From positions 2,720,345 through 2,784,344 of the forward strand of contig CM082579.2 in the NCBI GenBank assembly GCA_040954595.2: DNA of 64,000 nt, read 5' to 3'. The notes under the pieces are model-generated. The model made no database searches and was not told the origin of the DNA. It saw only the letters and a list, made by a program, of their open reading frames with translations. The position numbers were made by a program, and so were the translations under genes. This DNA comes from Balanoglossus misakiensis. Lineage: Eukaryota > Animalia > Hemichordata. Position 1 is the stretch's first letter. Each line of letters begins with the position of its first letter. Below, piece after piece: positions 15,001 to 29,600 of this stretch.

Positions 15001-17645
15001 ATCGTGATCTGTTTTGTTTTGTTTGAATAAATGGTTGTTATCAACAGAATGCAAATGTGAATGATGCGTTTCGTTGGTGTTTGAAATGGAACTAGTGAAT
15101 CGGTTAATTGGTTCTGAACGGTGGTTTCGGAAATGCGTAATGGCGGTGGTGGTTTGGTAGGAGGATATAGTCATCTGGGTGAAATGTGGGAAAGTAGACT
15201 GATCGATTTGTTCACAGAGATCTTGCTCGATTTGACCTTCTAATAAAATGTGTTGGTCAAATTAGATACAACCTTGCTAATTGTAGATGTGACTATGACA
15301 GAAGTGGAGTACCTGTAAAAGGCTATCTTTCTGATGATGTTGAAAGCCAATTTTACCGTCTTCTGTATATTTGAATGGCTGCCAGTTGGATACCAAAAAG
15401 AGGGAGTCATGGCCAGTCTTTAATCTCTGATGATGGATGACTGTTGGAAGAGTTGACGTGTTGAAGTGGAGTGAAGGACTCTCTGTTTGCTCACCGAGAT
15501 TTCGGCATTGCTTCTGTTCATGAAGTTGACAGGTGAAACTCAAACACACTGATTTCTAGAATCCTCTGCTTTTAAATTATGGTTGTAATCTGCATTATGG
15601 CTGTAATCTGGACAGACAGGGCTTTTTTCATCTTCGGAGATTACATCCTCTTTGGATGGAATTTGTAAAAAAAAATGTGTTTCGTTTCAGTCTCTTGAGG
15701 GACAATGGAACTGGTAATACCTGCTTCTAAGGTACTTGCGTTTGGGCTTTCTTGTCTTTGTTCTGAGAAGATGGCACAGGATCTTAAAGAGTGTGAGAAG
15801 CAGTGAGAGCTTCTCCTTGTTATAAGACGTAAGACCGTCACAAGAATGGCACCAGCTTGTGTTAAATCGGCCGCTAACACCCGGCATTAGAGGCATTTCC
15901 ATGTTCTCATTTCAAAAGCAAACATGAGTCACTTAGACCTGGTGATTGAGTTTCCATAAGAGCGAGACAATCCCAGCCCAATATCTGAACACCTTCCAAA
16001 GACAATGGGCTTACTCACTGGATGAGGCTTTCCCCATTCATGGACTTGAAAAGAATCTTGTAATCCGCTGGGATATTTAGAGGATTTTTTTATCTTTTGT
16101 GTAATACTGCTTGGTGGAGCCGCCATGCCGCTATCTGTCACAGAATTCCATATCTGGAAATCGGGAAGTTCCGGAAGAGGATTGTTATTTTTTTTTTTAC
16201 ATGATAAAGCAACAGGTCCCACTCATTGTCATTGTTATTCCGCAGAAAGACTAAGCACCAAAACATCAAGTGTAAATTCCTGCGGAATGTATCATATAAG
16301 GTGATATTGTGTTAAGTTCCTGTGTGGCTAGGATTGTACTGTGACAGTAATCCTGACGAGGATCGGGGTTTTTGTGTGTGTGTGCCGATGCCTTGCTGAC
16401 CCCACCCTCATCGTCAATTCTTACCCACAAGGATCGAAATGACAGCTTCCTTAGTGATTAGTCTTTTCATCCTCTCCGTCCACCAGTAATGATGTTTGCA
16501 TAGCTTGCTCGGAAAGGTGAAAGACTTTGCCAGAAAGAACAGTATTGTGATTGTTGTGAAGGGGGGTTTAGCCGCTTAAAAAAACCTTTGCTCAAATCTG
16601 AGCCCGGGAAATTCTTGACATATCTCTGTTTGTTAACTTCATAACTGTTTAATTTTCAAGTTTGTTTTTGTTTTACTGACAAAAAATGGTTCACAATAGA
16701 TACTGGACACATTTAGCTGGTCAGTTTTGGATAATTGCCAATGGTTAGGTCAGTAACCGCCAACAATTTTTTTTTATTTCGAGGTAAAACAAAAGTTTTG
16801 CATGTAAGGGCTTGTCTTGTGTGTCTAAGCACTGTGGTGGGATCACTCACTTGTGTCAAGTTCACACTGTATGTCGGTCGTCTGTCTGATTGGTATATAG
16901 ACATAAGCTTTGAGACCGAGAAAATGAAACGATCAACATTGCAGTATCACATGCAGTACTGAAACAGATTACCCCAGCCTTACATGGACTTATTGCATTA
17001 TTATAAACCAGTGAATGTTTTACAACTGGTATTGCAACCAAAACAATAAAATGAAGCAAAAACTCTCAAACTACAGTGTAGTTCAGTTTCTGTAATTTGT
17101 GAGAAATGAAATAAATAGCAGTTTCTGAAATACATACATGTACAGCCTCTAAAATAATCAAGTTTCCTGCCAGAAGGCTGGAATTAATTAATGCAGGTTT
17201 TATGGTGAGATAATAGAATGGGTATGTTCATGTTTTCAAAATTTGTAATAAAGGGCAGTAAAACTCTATTGAATTCTTAGAATACCAGTCATAAATTTAA
17301 ACGCTTGGTCAGAAGACAAAGGGATTCATGATTGACTGGTGAATACTGCATTGATTCCAGGGCTCCACCTTTTAATTAGTCGCCCATTCACTGCATTCTT
17401 GTTATTGCTGATTAATTGACAGAAGCAATACGTAATTACGTGAATATCATTAAGAACAATTCTTGTGTAGGATTTGTGTCTCTTTATTAGAATTCTGATT
17501 GAAAATCTGAAATTAGTTGTCTCTATCTGGTCAGTCAAGTTTACTGTCAAAGTATAGTGCAATTTAGGAATAGGTTCACAGAGAGGCCTTGGGTTTTCAT
17601 ACTCTTAACATTTTAACAAATTATTTTATTCATTCATTTATTCAG
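1..17645 (+). other. Very large intron of the Fat4 gene (5' donor outside the window)
   Basis: The first visible Fat4 exon starts mid-cadherin repeat (VQVTLLDRNDNAP) after the acceptor ttcatttattcag, with no signal peptide. No cadherin-like or other convincing coding exon is seen in 1-17645. Confidence 0.75.
7999..8607. mobile_element. Non-autonomous fold-back DNA transposon (MITE) with TTAA target-site duplication, Kolobok-like
   Basis: TTAA at 7995-7998, then AGGGGAAATCCGTCGTAGCTGATTTCTAC ... GTAGAAATCAGCTACAACGGATTTCCCCT, then TTAA at 8608-8611. Inverted arms are ~240-255 bp with a ~110 bp spacer. ORFs 7995..8183(-) and 8303..8611(+) translate the same peptide because of the inversion. 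TTAA TSD with purine-purine termini fits Kolobok rather than piggyBac (CC termini). Confidence 0.88.
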
Positions 17646-20600
17646 GTTCAAGTAACACTCCTAGACAGAAACGACAACGCGCCAAGATTCCAGGACAGTT
17701 CCAAGAGAGTCACCATCTCTGAAGATATCGACGTCAACAGCTTGGTCACCCAGGTTACGGCCAATGACCCTGACGAAGGCACCAATGCCCAGGTGTCGTA
17801 TCGGATAGTCAGCGGGAATAACGATGGAAAATTCTACATCAACGAGCAGTCGGGCGAAATCCGCACCCTTGGTGAACTGGATCGCGAAACGGTGCCTGAC
17901 TACACGTTAGGCATCAGAGCGTCAGATGGCACGCAGTCGTCGATTATGAGTTTGGACATCAGGCTGCTGGATACAAATGACAGCCCACCTGCTTTTACAA
18001 AGGAGGTCTACTCCTTCACCGTCTCTGAAGATGAGGATGTTGGGAACTCAGTTGCCGAGGTGACAGCGATTGATCCGGATGAAGGTAGCAACGGAGATGT
18101 CACCTACTCCATTGTTGAAGACTGGGGACAGGACAGGTTTTCGCTGGATTCGGACACTGGTGTATTTACACTTGATAAACCACTGGATTTTGAAGAGGTA
18201 AAGCATCATCGAACCTCAGATTTGTGATTTGCCCATCGTTTCAATGTTTATCTGCCCTTTGTATGTGCAGAACCAAACACTGGCCTTCAGAGCAAAGTGT
18301 ATCTGACCTGCATGTGATATTAACTGTATCATCATTCCTTTCTTTCCATCAGGTCCAGATTTACCTGATCGTGGTGGAAGCTAAAGATGGTGGCACTGTT
18401 CCCATGTCAAGCACTGTTACCTGTTACTTCAACACGCTCGACGTCAACGACAATGCGCCCATCTTTGAACCAGACACTTACAAGGCGAATATCATGGAAG
18501 ATCTCACCATAGGAACTGAGGTTGTCGTAGTAACAGCCACTGATGCCGATGCTGGTAAGTGTCATCAAGATCATCAGTGAAATTATTTTCACAAACTTAG
18601 TGGCTAATGCTTTATTTGAATATTACTCGCTATCCATTTTATTTGATGTATTCAAAATGTTGAAAACTTTCTAGTCAGAAATTGTAGGAATGCTGTTGTC
18701 TTTCAACTGAAAGTTGTGTGTTTCTTAATACTCTATTCTTCTGCTTTTTGTGGCACATTTTACAGGACTAAATGGAGCCATAGTGTACAACATCACCGCG
18801 GGAGATGAGAATGGTGATTTTGCAGTCCGTGAAGACGGTGCCATCATTTCCGTCCGAGAACTAGATCGAGAGGAGAAGCAGCTGTACGCCCTTGAAGTGA
18901 CAGCCACTGATCAACCTTCCGATCCAAGCCTGCAGATGACTGCTGTTGCCCAGGTCAATATCATCCTGACAGATGTAAACGATAACGCTCCAGAATTCCA
19001 CAACAACAATGCGACATCCGTTGTGGAAAATGCCAACACTGGCACGCTTGTGATTTTGGTGTCAGCGGAAGACAAAGACAGTGGCACCAACGGCCAGCTG
19101 AAGTATTCCATGGATCCTGTTCCGGGCGATGTCTTCTACCTGTACGAGGACGACGGTGACTTGGTCGTCTATGGAGATCTGGATCGAGAGACGACATCTG
19201 AGTATCTCGTGAAGGTCTACGCAGAAGACAGTGGTACTCCTGCTCTCACATCCACCATGAAGATTCTGATCACCATCCTGGATGAGAACGACAATCCACC
19301 CTCGTTCGATCCCAGCACATACACCATCGGCATCATGGAAAACATTCCGGTTGGGAAAGAGTTCCTGCAAGTGACAGCGACCGACGTGGATGAAGGTACC
19401 AACGCTGATGTCGAATTCTCCATAACCAACGGAAACTATGACAACGATTTCTCCATCGACAAAGTCTCGGGAGTGGTGGCCACCATGAACTTGCTGGACA
19501 GAGAGAAACGAGAGCAGTACTCCTTAATAGTGATGGCCAAAGACAAGGGCACGCCGGTAAAATCTTCAACCACGACGGTCACCATCAACCTCCAGGATTT
19601 CAACGACAACATACCTGAATTCGAAACGCGATACATGACGGCGGTGGTCGATGAGAACAACGCGAATGTGCCGGTCTTTGTGGCCACGTGTGATGCCGTT
19701 GATGGTGATGATGGCAATAACGGAAAAATAACATATTCCATCAGTATTGTCCGGGAAGAACCGATCTTGCCGATCTATGCGAGCGGAATCGAGGACTTGT
19801 TCACTATTGATAAAGACACAGGTGATGTTTACGTTACACAGGCTCTGGACAGAGAGGATGTGGACCGATATTATCTTCTTCTGACAGCAAATGATGGAGG
19901 TGAGTTATTTCAGATCTTACATCATTTCCACCCTATTCCTCTAGTGTGTAGGACCAACCATGCCATTAAAAACCTTAACTGGGGGGATTATACCATATCA
20001 AAGTAGTAGGGAAGTTGACAGAGGGAGAGTTACATCAGCGTGTCTTGGTACATGTACCCTGAAATGAGGGTATGATTCTCAACGTGATCTTCTTGTACAA
20101 TTCCCTCCAGCAAGAGTGATGAGTTCCGTGACCTTAATATGTGCGGTACTTTTCCTTCTAAGGAAGGAGGTCTTTCTACACACAGAGGATGATTTCTTCA
20201 AACCAGTGCACTGGCTTTGAAGATTGTGAAATTTGTTTGAAAGAGAATCTTTGATTTAGGGATTAAACGTGTAAACAAGCGACCACAGTCTCTGTAACAG
20301 TTGCTCATGAAATCAACAAGAGGCCCTCACATTCAGGAAAAAGTATGAATGACCTGCAAACTTCAAACTGATCCTCCCGTCAACAGTTAGACTTATTTAT
20401 GGCTGTCACCTTTCACCTTTGACTTCTGACAGTGAGCAACCTCGTGAGAATACCGCGAGGCAGATACAATATCACTGTGAAGTGTCCTGCTTGCCAGCAC
20501 TATCGGTATTAAGTGAAAATTCTGTAAAGTCTGAGTGGTTTTAATCTGTGGTGACTGGCAGCTTTTGTTTTAACGCAGGGTGAACCGACGTTTAACGTGC

Positions 20601-23600
20601 AGACAGGATTTCAAGTGTAAAAAGCAAGAGGCCCTGGTGTAATAAAACACTACAAGGTTCAAACATACCTACTATGTCACCTCATAAGATTGGTAACAGT
20701 GCACATGAAATTAATTAATCCGTCTGTTTGTACGTCTGTCGGGAATACTGAAGCAGCTGCCACTTCCTTCAAATGGAAATCTAATCCTTCTCCGTGGCAT
20801 GGGATGAAATGAGTCTCCATTAGACTGTGAATGATCATAGCCACGCCACATTGCAGGGAAAAAAGCTACAGGACCTACATGTGTAAAGATGTCCCCCCTC
20901 CCCACTCTTACATTTTTCCTCCACTGTCTGTGACCTTTGATCCGTTCAGAGGAAGTGGGGAAAAGTGAGAGGGGAAACGTACAAACACCAGAATGGGTCA
21001 CAGACACTGGTCTCTGTTCGATGTGCCTCTAGCAACACATAATCAAATTCCTGTCCAACATCACAACCACTTTTCCGCTTCGGTTGGCTGCTGAATTTTA
21101 AACAATATTTATTTTCGATTCACCCGCTTAAAAGTCTTCAATGGCTGAGTAGATTGACCCCTGCTGAGGCTGGATAAATATCTCCCGTTTATCTAGGAGG
21201 TCCTTGCAGTAATTGCTATTAGCTGGATAAACAAAACTCTTCCATATTCCCCCAAATGAAAGTGCTCTTATTAAAAAAAATAATCTGCTGTAGGTGTAAT
21301 CAAATACACTGTGCCTGTGGTCATCACTCTGTAGGTACAATTTGCCGTCAGAAAAAAATATGTCTTTTGTGGCTTTCGAACCCAACCTGTGACCCATTGC
21401 TTTATTGATTTTGTGCAGGTGCCCTTATACAGTTGGAAACAAGGCGGAAGTGCTAAGGGTGGGGGGTACATGTACAGTGATGGACTGAACTACATGTACT
21501 ATGGAGTGGGGAGGGTCGTTTGGATGTGATGCTTGGTTGTCTTTGACATTAAAGTTCTGCCCCTCAAAAGTTCTCTCAAATGAAAATAACCAAACCACTT
21601 TTGTTTGGTACACTCCTGCAGGTAATCCATCTTTGACTGGCACCGGTACTTTGGAAGTTCAAGTCGGTGACCTGAATGACAACTCGCCAGTCTTCTCACA
21701 AAACACATATGCTGCCACCGTCCAAGAGGAACTGGATGCTGGGGCAAATGTTACCATGGTGACAGCTACAGATGAGGATATGGGAACAAACGCAGACGTC
21801 CGGTAGGTTCAGTGTTAGATTACATGTCAAGGTTGTTTCAAAGAAACTCTTGATAAATCATAAAACCTGTCTGAAGATTAATCAAGTTGTTTGCACTTTT
21901 TCTGTGAGTTTGTCACCAGTTCTAAAGTCACCCACTGTAGCTCACTGAGTCTCTTGTCTGTTGCAGTTACAAACTGGACACAGATTCTGCAGAGAATAAG
22001 TTCGGCATCAATTACCTGACCGGCCAGATAAAAACGACGGTCAAACTTGACCGGGAGGAGAAGGAGCTCTACACTTTGGTGGTCATCGCCATGGACAAAG
22101 AGGAGAACGATCCAGATGTTCGATCCAGCACCTCAACAGTCAGTGTCGTCGTCACCGACATCAATGATGAAGCACCAGCATTTGTAGGCACTCCATACAC
22201 GTCACGTATGCCAGATAGTTCACAAGCAGGTATGCCAGAGATTGTAAAATGTTTGATTTGGGAGTGTGACACAATATGTAAGATAAACCCATTATTACAG
22301 ACACTTTACATTCAGTACCTTTTTCTTCTCTTTTTGCAGAAACTTATGTCTTTGAAGTCAAAACTGAAGACAGTGACACCGGTAGCAATGCGTTGATACA
22401 CTACTCCATTGTCGGTGGGAACGGAATGTCCAAATTCTCGATTGGACAGTTGAACGGAGTGGTGCAGACGGCCATCGACTTGACCTCTCAGGCCTCTGAT
22501 TATTGGATAGAAGTCAAAGCAGAAGACCAAGGAGATGGTCGTCACTCTGTCAAAACTAACATCACCGTGGAGTTTCTTGTGGCAACCCAGTTTCCGAGTT
22601 TCAGCGCCGGTGACCCGAGCTTGACGCTCAGTGAAGACTCGTCTGTCGGAACGACCGTGACCACGATCAGTGCCACCAGTCCCAAGCAAGGCAGCGCGGG
22701 TATCATTTCCTACTATGTAGCAGGCGGCAATTTCCTCAACTCATTCAGCGTCCACCAGACGAAAGGAGACGTGACCATCGCAAATGAACTGGACTACGAA
22801 CTGATGCAGGAATATTCTTTGTGGATCGAGGCAAGAGACCGCGACTCACCGCCGCTATCAAGCTTCATGAAGCTGAGCATCACCATCACCGATAAGAATG
22901 ACAACGTTCCAAGATTCAGCACGAAGTTGTACCACACCGATGTGACTGAAAGACAACCAGAGGGGGTCTCTGTGCTGACAGTGTCAGCTACTGATGCAGA
23001 TGCCGGAACCAACGGTGAATTTGCATATTACCTTGAACCAGATGGTAACACGGGCGGAGCTTTTGCAATCGATTCGACTTCAGGTGACATTGTGACCAAC
23101 ATCAGTCTAGATCGTGAGACCATAGCCCAGTATAATTTATTGGTGTATGCCATTGATCATGGCTCTCCCCAGCTGACCGGCACCACAACTGTGGATGTTA
23201 AAGTAAACGATGTCAATGACAATGGTCCACGATTCACCAGCCATCCACAGGGTTCGGTTCCTGAACACAGCGCGGTGGGAACTTTCGTCCTGCAGGTCAC
23301 CACGAAAGATGACGATGCGGGTGCCAACGCTGTCACTGTCTACGAACTGACCAATCACGCGAACACATTCGCCATACACAACATAACTGGAGTGGTGACT
23401 GTGATCGCTGACATCGACCGGGAGCAGACAGACTACTTCTCGGTCGAAGTCATCGCCACAGACCTGTGGAAAGCTTATTCCGTGTCGACCGACATCATGA
23501 TCTCTGTGGTCGACGTCAACGACAACGACCCGGAATTCGTGGAGTCGGAATACACAAGGGAACTGCCAGAAGGGCTGCCATCTGGTTCTCCTGTGACAGT

Positions 23601-26600
23601 AGTGTCTGCCACGGATGATGATACCGGCAGTAACGCTGATGTACACTACACCATGAAGACTTGGTCGGAATACTTTGCTGTGGATTCGGTGACGGGTGAA
23701 GTGACACTTCTGCAGGAGATAGCGTACCAATGGTCTGGCGGTGATGATTCCAATACATATCGCTTTGCAGTCCTAGCAGTTGACGGAGGTCTGCCAACGC
23801 GGTGGGATGAAGTCAATGTCAGCGTCATAATATTTGCCGCCAATAAATACTCCCCAGTGTTTGTCCATGACAGCTATCATGGGCGCGTTCAAGAAAACGC
23901 CAATGTTGGGACCTCGGTTGTCCAAGTAACAGCAGTGGACCAAGATCAAGGTGACAACGGCGTCGTCAAATATGAGGTCACAGGGGGTAACGGAACGGAC
24001 TATTTTGACGTGGAGGCAGACACAGGTCAGGTTTTTGTCAAAAGCAGTCTTTCAGGCAAAGCCCCGAACTGGTATGCCGTAGATGTGAGAGCCTACGATC
24101 AGGGTCGTTTGTCCAGGGAAAACTTCACAATGGTGACCATCAGCGTCAGCAGCATCAACAATAATGCGCCATCATTTGGATTGACGTACTACAGTGCATC
24201 TGTCTACGAGAACAAACCATTGGGGTCGTCCGTCATCACAGTAACTGCTTCTGACACCGACAGTGGAGTCAATGGCATGATACGTTATTCCATTTCCGAA
24301 GGGAATGCAAATGATGATTTCATTATCGGTCCCCAGAATGGCACCATCACCGTGGCAAACCATTTGGACTACGACACAGAACCAAAGTCGTACACACTCA
24401 TCGTGCTGGCAAATGACCTCGGTGTGATCAGCAAGTCAGGGTCGACCACCGTTGATATTCAGCTGCTGGACGTCAATGACAACAGCCCTGTCTTCGATCC
24501 AAGCGAATACAACCCCGAAATACCAGAGAATTCTCCCAGTGGAACTTCACTCGTTGCAGTTTCGGCGACTGACGCGGATGAAACCACCAACGCTGGCATC
24601 ACGTACAGCATAATCGGCGGCGACGGGCAGTACTCCTTCACCATCCTGCAGAACGGCAGCATCTACTCGCAGGGTCACCTCAACTATGAAGAGAAGCAAA
24701 CCTACGATTTGACCGTCAAGGCAGAGAACAGCTATCTTGATATGCACGACTACGCTTTCGTGACGGTGCACATCACGGGTGTCAATGAATACTATCCCGA
24801 GTTTGTGAAGAGCAGTTACACCTTCACTGTCAGTGAGGCTGCAGAGGATGGGCAGATAGTTGGAAAGATTTCAGCCAGGGATGCTGACCATGGTGGCAAC
24901 GGGGATGTCTGCTATGTCCTTGTTGGAGGCAGTACACAGGAAGGGTTTGCCATCAACGAGGAAACGGGAGAAATATACGTTTCCTATGATCGCGGGAGGC
25001 TGAACCGGGAAAGTCAGGAGTCTGTTCTGATATTGGCCATCGCAAAGAACCGGGGCATTGTCTACGGAGGTGATGTTGATGAAGCCAAAATCTATGTCAA
25101 CATAACAGATGCCAATGATGCGCCGGTTTTTGTGCCCAGTTTCTACTCTGGTTCCGTGTTGGAAGACGCGACTGTTGGAACATATGTGCTGACAGTGACT
25201 GCGGAGGACACAGACTTAGATTCTGCCGACCGCACATTTGCGTACAACATCAGCGGCGGTAACCACAATGGTGCTTTCAGCGTCCACCCAACGACCGGCG
25301 AGATCAGAACGGCAGCTCAGCTTGATCGGGAAGATATTGATTTTTACAACTTGACAGTTGCAGCTGTCGACGAAGGCAGTCCACCACAGACAGGATACGC
25401 TGAAGTGCACATTACTCTGGGAGATGTAAACGACAACGGTCCCATGTTTTACCCAGAGGATACCCTTGGCTCTGTCTATGAGAACGAGCCCACAAGCACA
25501 AGTGTCATGACGTTGAGTGCATACGACCCTGATACTCCAGACAACGGTTCTCCATTCACGTACTACCTGCTTGATTCTGATGACAGTGATAGTTTTGTTC
25601 TCAACAGGAACACTGGACTCTTAACCACCCAATCCTCACTTGACAGAGAGCAACAGAGTGACTACTACCTTCCTGTAGAAAGCCGCGATTCAGGCATCCC
25701 ACAGATGACTTCCACGACCACGATCCACATCACGATCCTGGACCGAAACGACAACCCATCCAGTCACAGAGCCGCCACTATCTACGTCAATTCCTTCAAC
25801 AACGTTTTCCCGGGTGGATCCATCGGAATATCGCATCCATTAGACCCGGATGTGAACGATGTCTTCACGTGTCAAATAATCACAGCAAGTGACGATATAT
25901 TCAGTATGCAACCAGGGTGTGATCTCCATTCAGTTCAACATACAGGAGTCGAATCCTACACACTCAACATCAGTGGTCATGACGGCCAACATGGCGTGGC
26001 ATACTCGGACTTTGCTGTGGACTTTCACACCTACAGCAACAACTCCATAGACAATAGTGTTACACTGATACTTGCCAGTGAAACGCCAAGTGACAGCCTG
26101 GACACAGAGACCTTCCTGACTGATCACTACACTGCGTTCTACGAGACCGTGTCCGATGAACTGACCCAGGGTGATATGCTGCTGGTCCTTGACATGTACG
26201 AGGTGGGCGAAGAACTGGACCTGCTGGTCGCAATCCGAGAGCCTGGTGACGACAATCACATGAGCAGATCAGATGTAGCCACCTTCTTCACTGACAACAA
26301 GAACACTATTGAAAATGGGGCCAATATTGTGATCACGAAGATCAACTACTCACCATGCGAGGATCAACCCTGCTTCAACGGCGGAACGTGCAGTGACCAC
26401 GTCGAGGTCTACGACAACCACGTTTCTGACAGTGATCCCATCATCTTCGTCACCCGTCAGAGTGACCGTGTGTTCACTTGCGCCTGCAGGACGCCTTACT
26501 ACGGCCAACAGTGCGAACAAGAACCAGACAGCTGCGAGAGCAACCCGTGTAAGAACGGAGCCACGTGCCACAAAGAATCTCTGTCCTATTACTGCGAGTG

Positions 26601-29600
26601 CCCTCCTGGCTTCACTGGGAGCCTCTGCGAGACGGACATCGATGAATGCGCCAGCAGCCCTTGTCAGAACGGACAGTGCGTCGATGATGTCAATGGCTAC
26701 TCCTGTACTTGTAACCAAGGTTACACCGGCACCAGATGCGAATTTGAAATCGACCCCTGCGTCCCACAGCCGTGTTTCAACGACGGAGAATGTATCGCCG
26801 ACCAAGGCACTGGATTCACCTGTGATTGCGGATTCGGTGAGCGGGGCGATTACTGCGAGTTCTCCAGCTTCAGTTTCGACGTCCTCTCCTACGTGCAGTA
26901 TCCGGACATCAGCGGCATCTACAGCGGGATAACTCTGCAGTTTGCCACCACGCTGAGCAACTCCCTTCTACTCTACAACCACGACAAGAACGAGACCGCC
27001 CAAAACCCGGAGTTCATCGCTTTGGAGATCATCGATGGGAAGGTGCAGTTCTCCTACGACTTGGGAGATGGTACGACACGCATCAAGACTGACGTCATCG
27101 TCTCCGATGGTCAGTGGCACCAAGTGTTTGCCCGAAGAGAGCGCAGTGTAAGTATGGTCTTTTTTCCCAGCCACATCAGTTTAAAATTCACACCCACCCA
27201 TTGTGGTCAAAGTTGTGAGTCCACGTACAAAACCAATTTGGCTTTCTGGTAGCACACATATACAGAATACCAAAAGAGAGAAAATGTTTCACCTTTCTAG
27301 TTTAATATGTGAAAACCCATCTTCAGAATGGTCTGTATTGAAAAAGGTCAAGCAAATTCAAGCATGAAGAACTTACAAACAGCGTTCAAAGTTGATAACT
27401 TTGAACATTTACACATTGCAAACAGTGCTTTCCCAGCATGCCATGCTTTTTCAAAGGCAGAATGAATTGTAGCGCAGTGCTTGTCCTGTGAACCTCAGCG
27501 TCTCTGCCATCCGTATCATACTGCGCCCCTTGTACCGCGACCTCACAACTAATCCAGGATTTGATACCCATGGAATTCGCCAGCTGAACTCTGGTGTTTG
27601 TTTGGAGGGAAAGAAAAACCCAGCTTCCCCCCCCTCCAGTGACAAGTGTGTGAAGTAACCTTAGAAACAAGTGCTTAAGTTGAAATATGATAATCTGACC
27701 ATTTGGGTGGTTTTGATGGGATGCATCTGCTCGTCTTATTTATCAAATAACTCCCACCTCCTGACTTTTAGACCGATAGTAAACACGGGCGATGGAAGAT
27801 GCGCTCATGTGTGAAGCTGCCATGAACTCCTGTCATCCCCCCAAAATATCTGTCTACCTCTGAGTCTTATGACCCCCATGGTATGCCCTTTTTCTGATCA
27901 ACATCAAATAATCTGTAACCCCTCCGCAAAAAGTATCGTACATGGTCTGTGTGAGTGATGCAGGTAATTATGAAAATTGCATTTTGAAGTTCAAGTCTTC
28001 ACCAGCTGACGCAATTATGCGGATCGAATGAAACAAGTGCATGAATGAATGAGATAAACAATCCTGACTCTGGGTCTCATGCCAACGTGTTCCACAAAGC
28101 TAAATGCCCCCGCCATGACTCACTGGCTGAGCGAATTATCCTTAAAGACCCAGCGTACGTGATGTCTGCTTCCTTTCTGAGCGATCTGAAATTATTGAGA
28201 GTTGGGACGCTGCACATGAGGGTCTCATCAATCATGGCCCGACTGTCATAAAGGCAGTTTAGTTAGACACTATGTTTAATCTGCCAAGCCTGTGAAAATA
28301 ATCACACAGGGATGGAATGTTACCGGCATGCCCCGGTGTTGACTGACACCGGTTGACCTGACCCCCCACCCCCACCCCCACCCCTCTTGGTCTGTGTCAG
28401 TGTCTTTGTCACCAAGTGTTGTTCGAGATTTGGTCTGTTGAGACTTAGACTCCCCTGTCTATGGTTAGAGTGGGTCATTGCTAAAGTTGTGGTTGTGATT
28501 GAATGGTCGTATGGAGAATATCATTTCCAATGTTAGAAAACTTTCAGCATCTAAGTATGAATTTTGTGCAGCGTCTGTTGTGTACGATGATACTGTATGA
28601 CCCAGACGTCTATTTGTCGATGAAAATTTGTAGGGGTGCATTTTGAGTTGAAAGATATAAAATAAAACAGTGAAGGGTTTGTTCTGAATCAGGTTGGTTA
28701 TCCAGTTATCCAGAAAATTTGATGTGATTCTGAGTCAAGTTGATAAACAGTTAGCCACATCGCCTGAACTCTTTTGTGCCGTAGTACATGTATACAACAT
28801 TCATCTAGTCTTCGTTGGTGCTGTGTACAGTGAATGAGGTCTCGTTTCAGCAGAGAAAGTGTCTTAGCCTCTGGCACTCTCATGTGGATGCAAATTATTA
28901 ATTTTTAGATGAGATGTTAATTTCTATGGTTTGGAAATTGGAGATTGTACCATTTTGCCTCAGGGGATCATTATGTAAGTGGAGACAACTTAAAGCTTCA
29001 AAGAAGGGCCATGTATTTTAATGATCCACTGTGTCCATCTGTTGTCTCCTTTGTTAACCGCTTTGCCAGACTAAACAATGTATTTTAATGAAGCAGCGTT
29101 TAAAACAAACATGGCTCTTTTGATATGGAACGGGCAAGTTTCATCGCAGAAGTATAGAAAGCCTCCATCAAATCTCATACAACAACACATTCATGGTGTC
29201 GTGGTTTTGTCTGGTTTTCTCCACTTGTTTGCATTCAGTAGTGACAGATTTCCCAATGTTGTTCAATCATTAATGCAAAGTTTTAATGTAATAGAGTCAA
29301 ATGTGAAAAAAACATATTACATATCAGTCAAAACATGGAAATATTTTTGTAAAGTCTAGTCATGTAAGCTTTCATTGTGTTGGTGCATTGAAAATTTGAA
29401 GTTGTCAGCAGTTACATGATACATCAGTTTCCACCAGAGTGGAACATTTCTTTCAAATGACAAGACGCCAACTTGGCAGTGAAGATTAATTTGAAGTGAC
29501 GTTCCGTCTGGGGTGTACGATTCCGTCGATTGGTCACGAACAAGGAATAATGTGATTCACCACATAGTGCAGTCGTTGGTGCCGGCTATCAATCAGAAAA

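Noticed and set aside
22312-27174. Many antisense and alternate-frame ORFs over the large Fat4 exon (e.g. 23137..23730, 26350..26805, 26393..26932)
   Set aside because: Shadow ORFs caused by codon bias of the cadherin/EGF coding strand.
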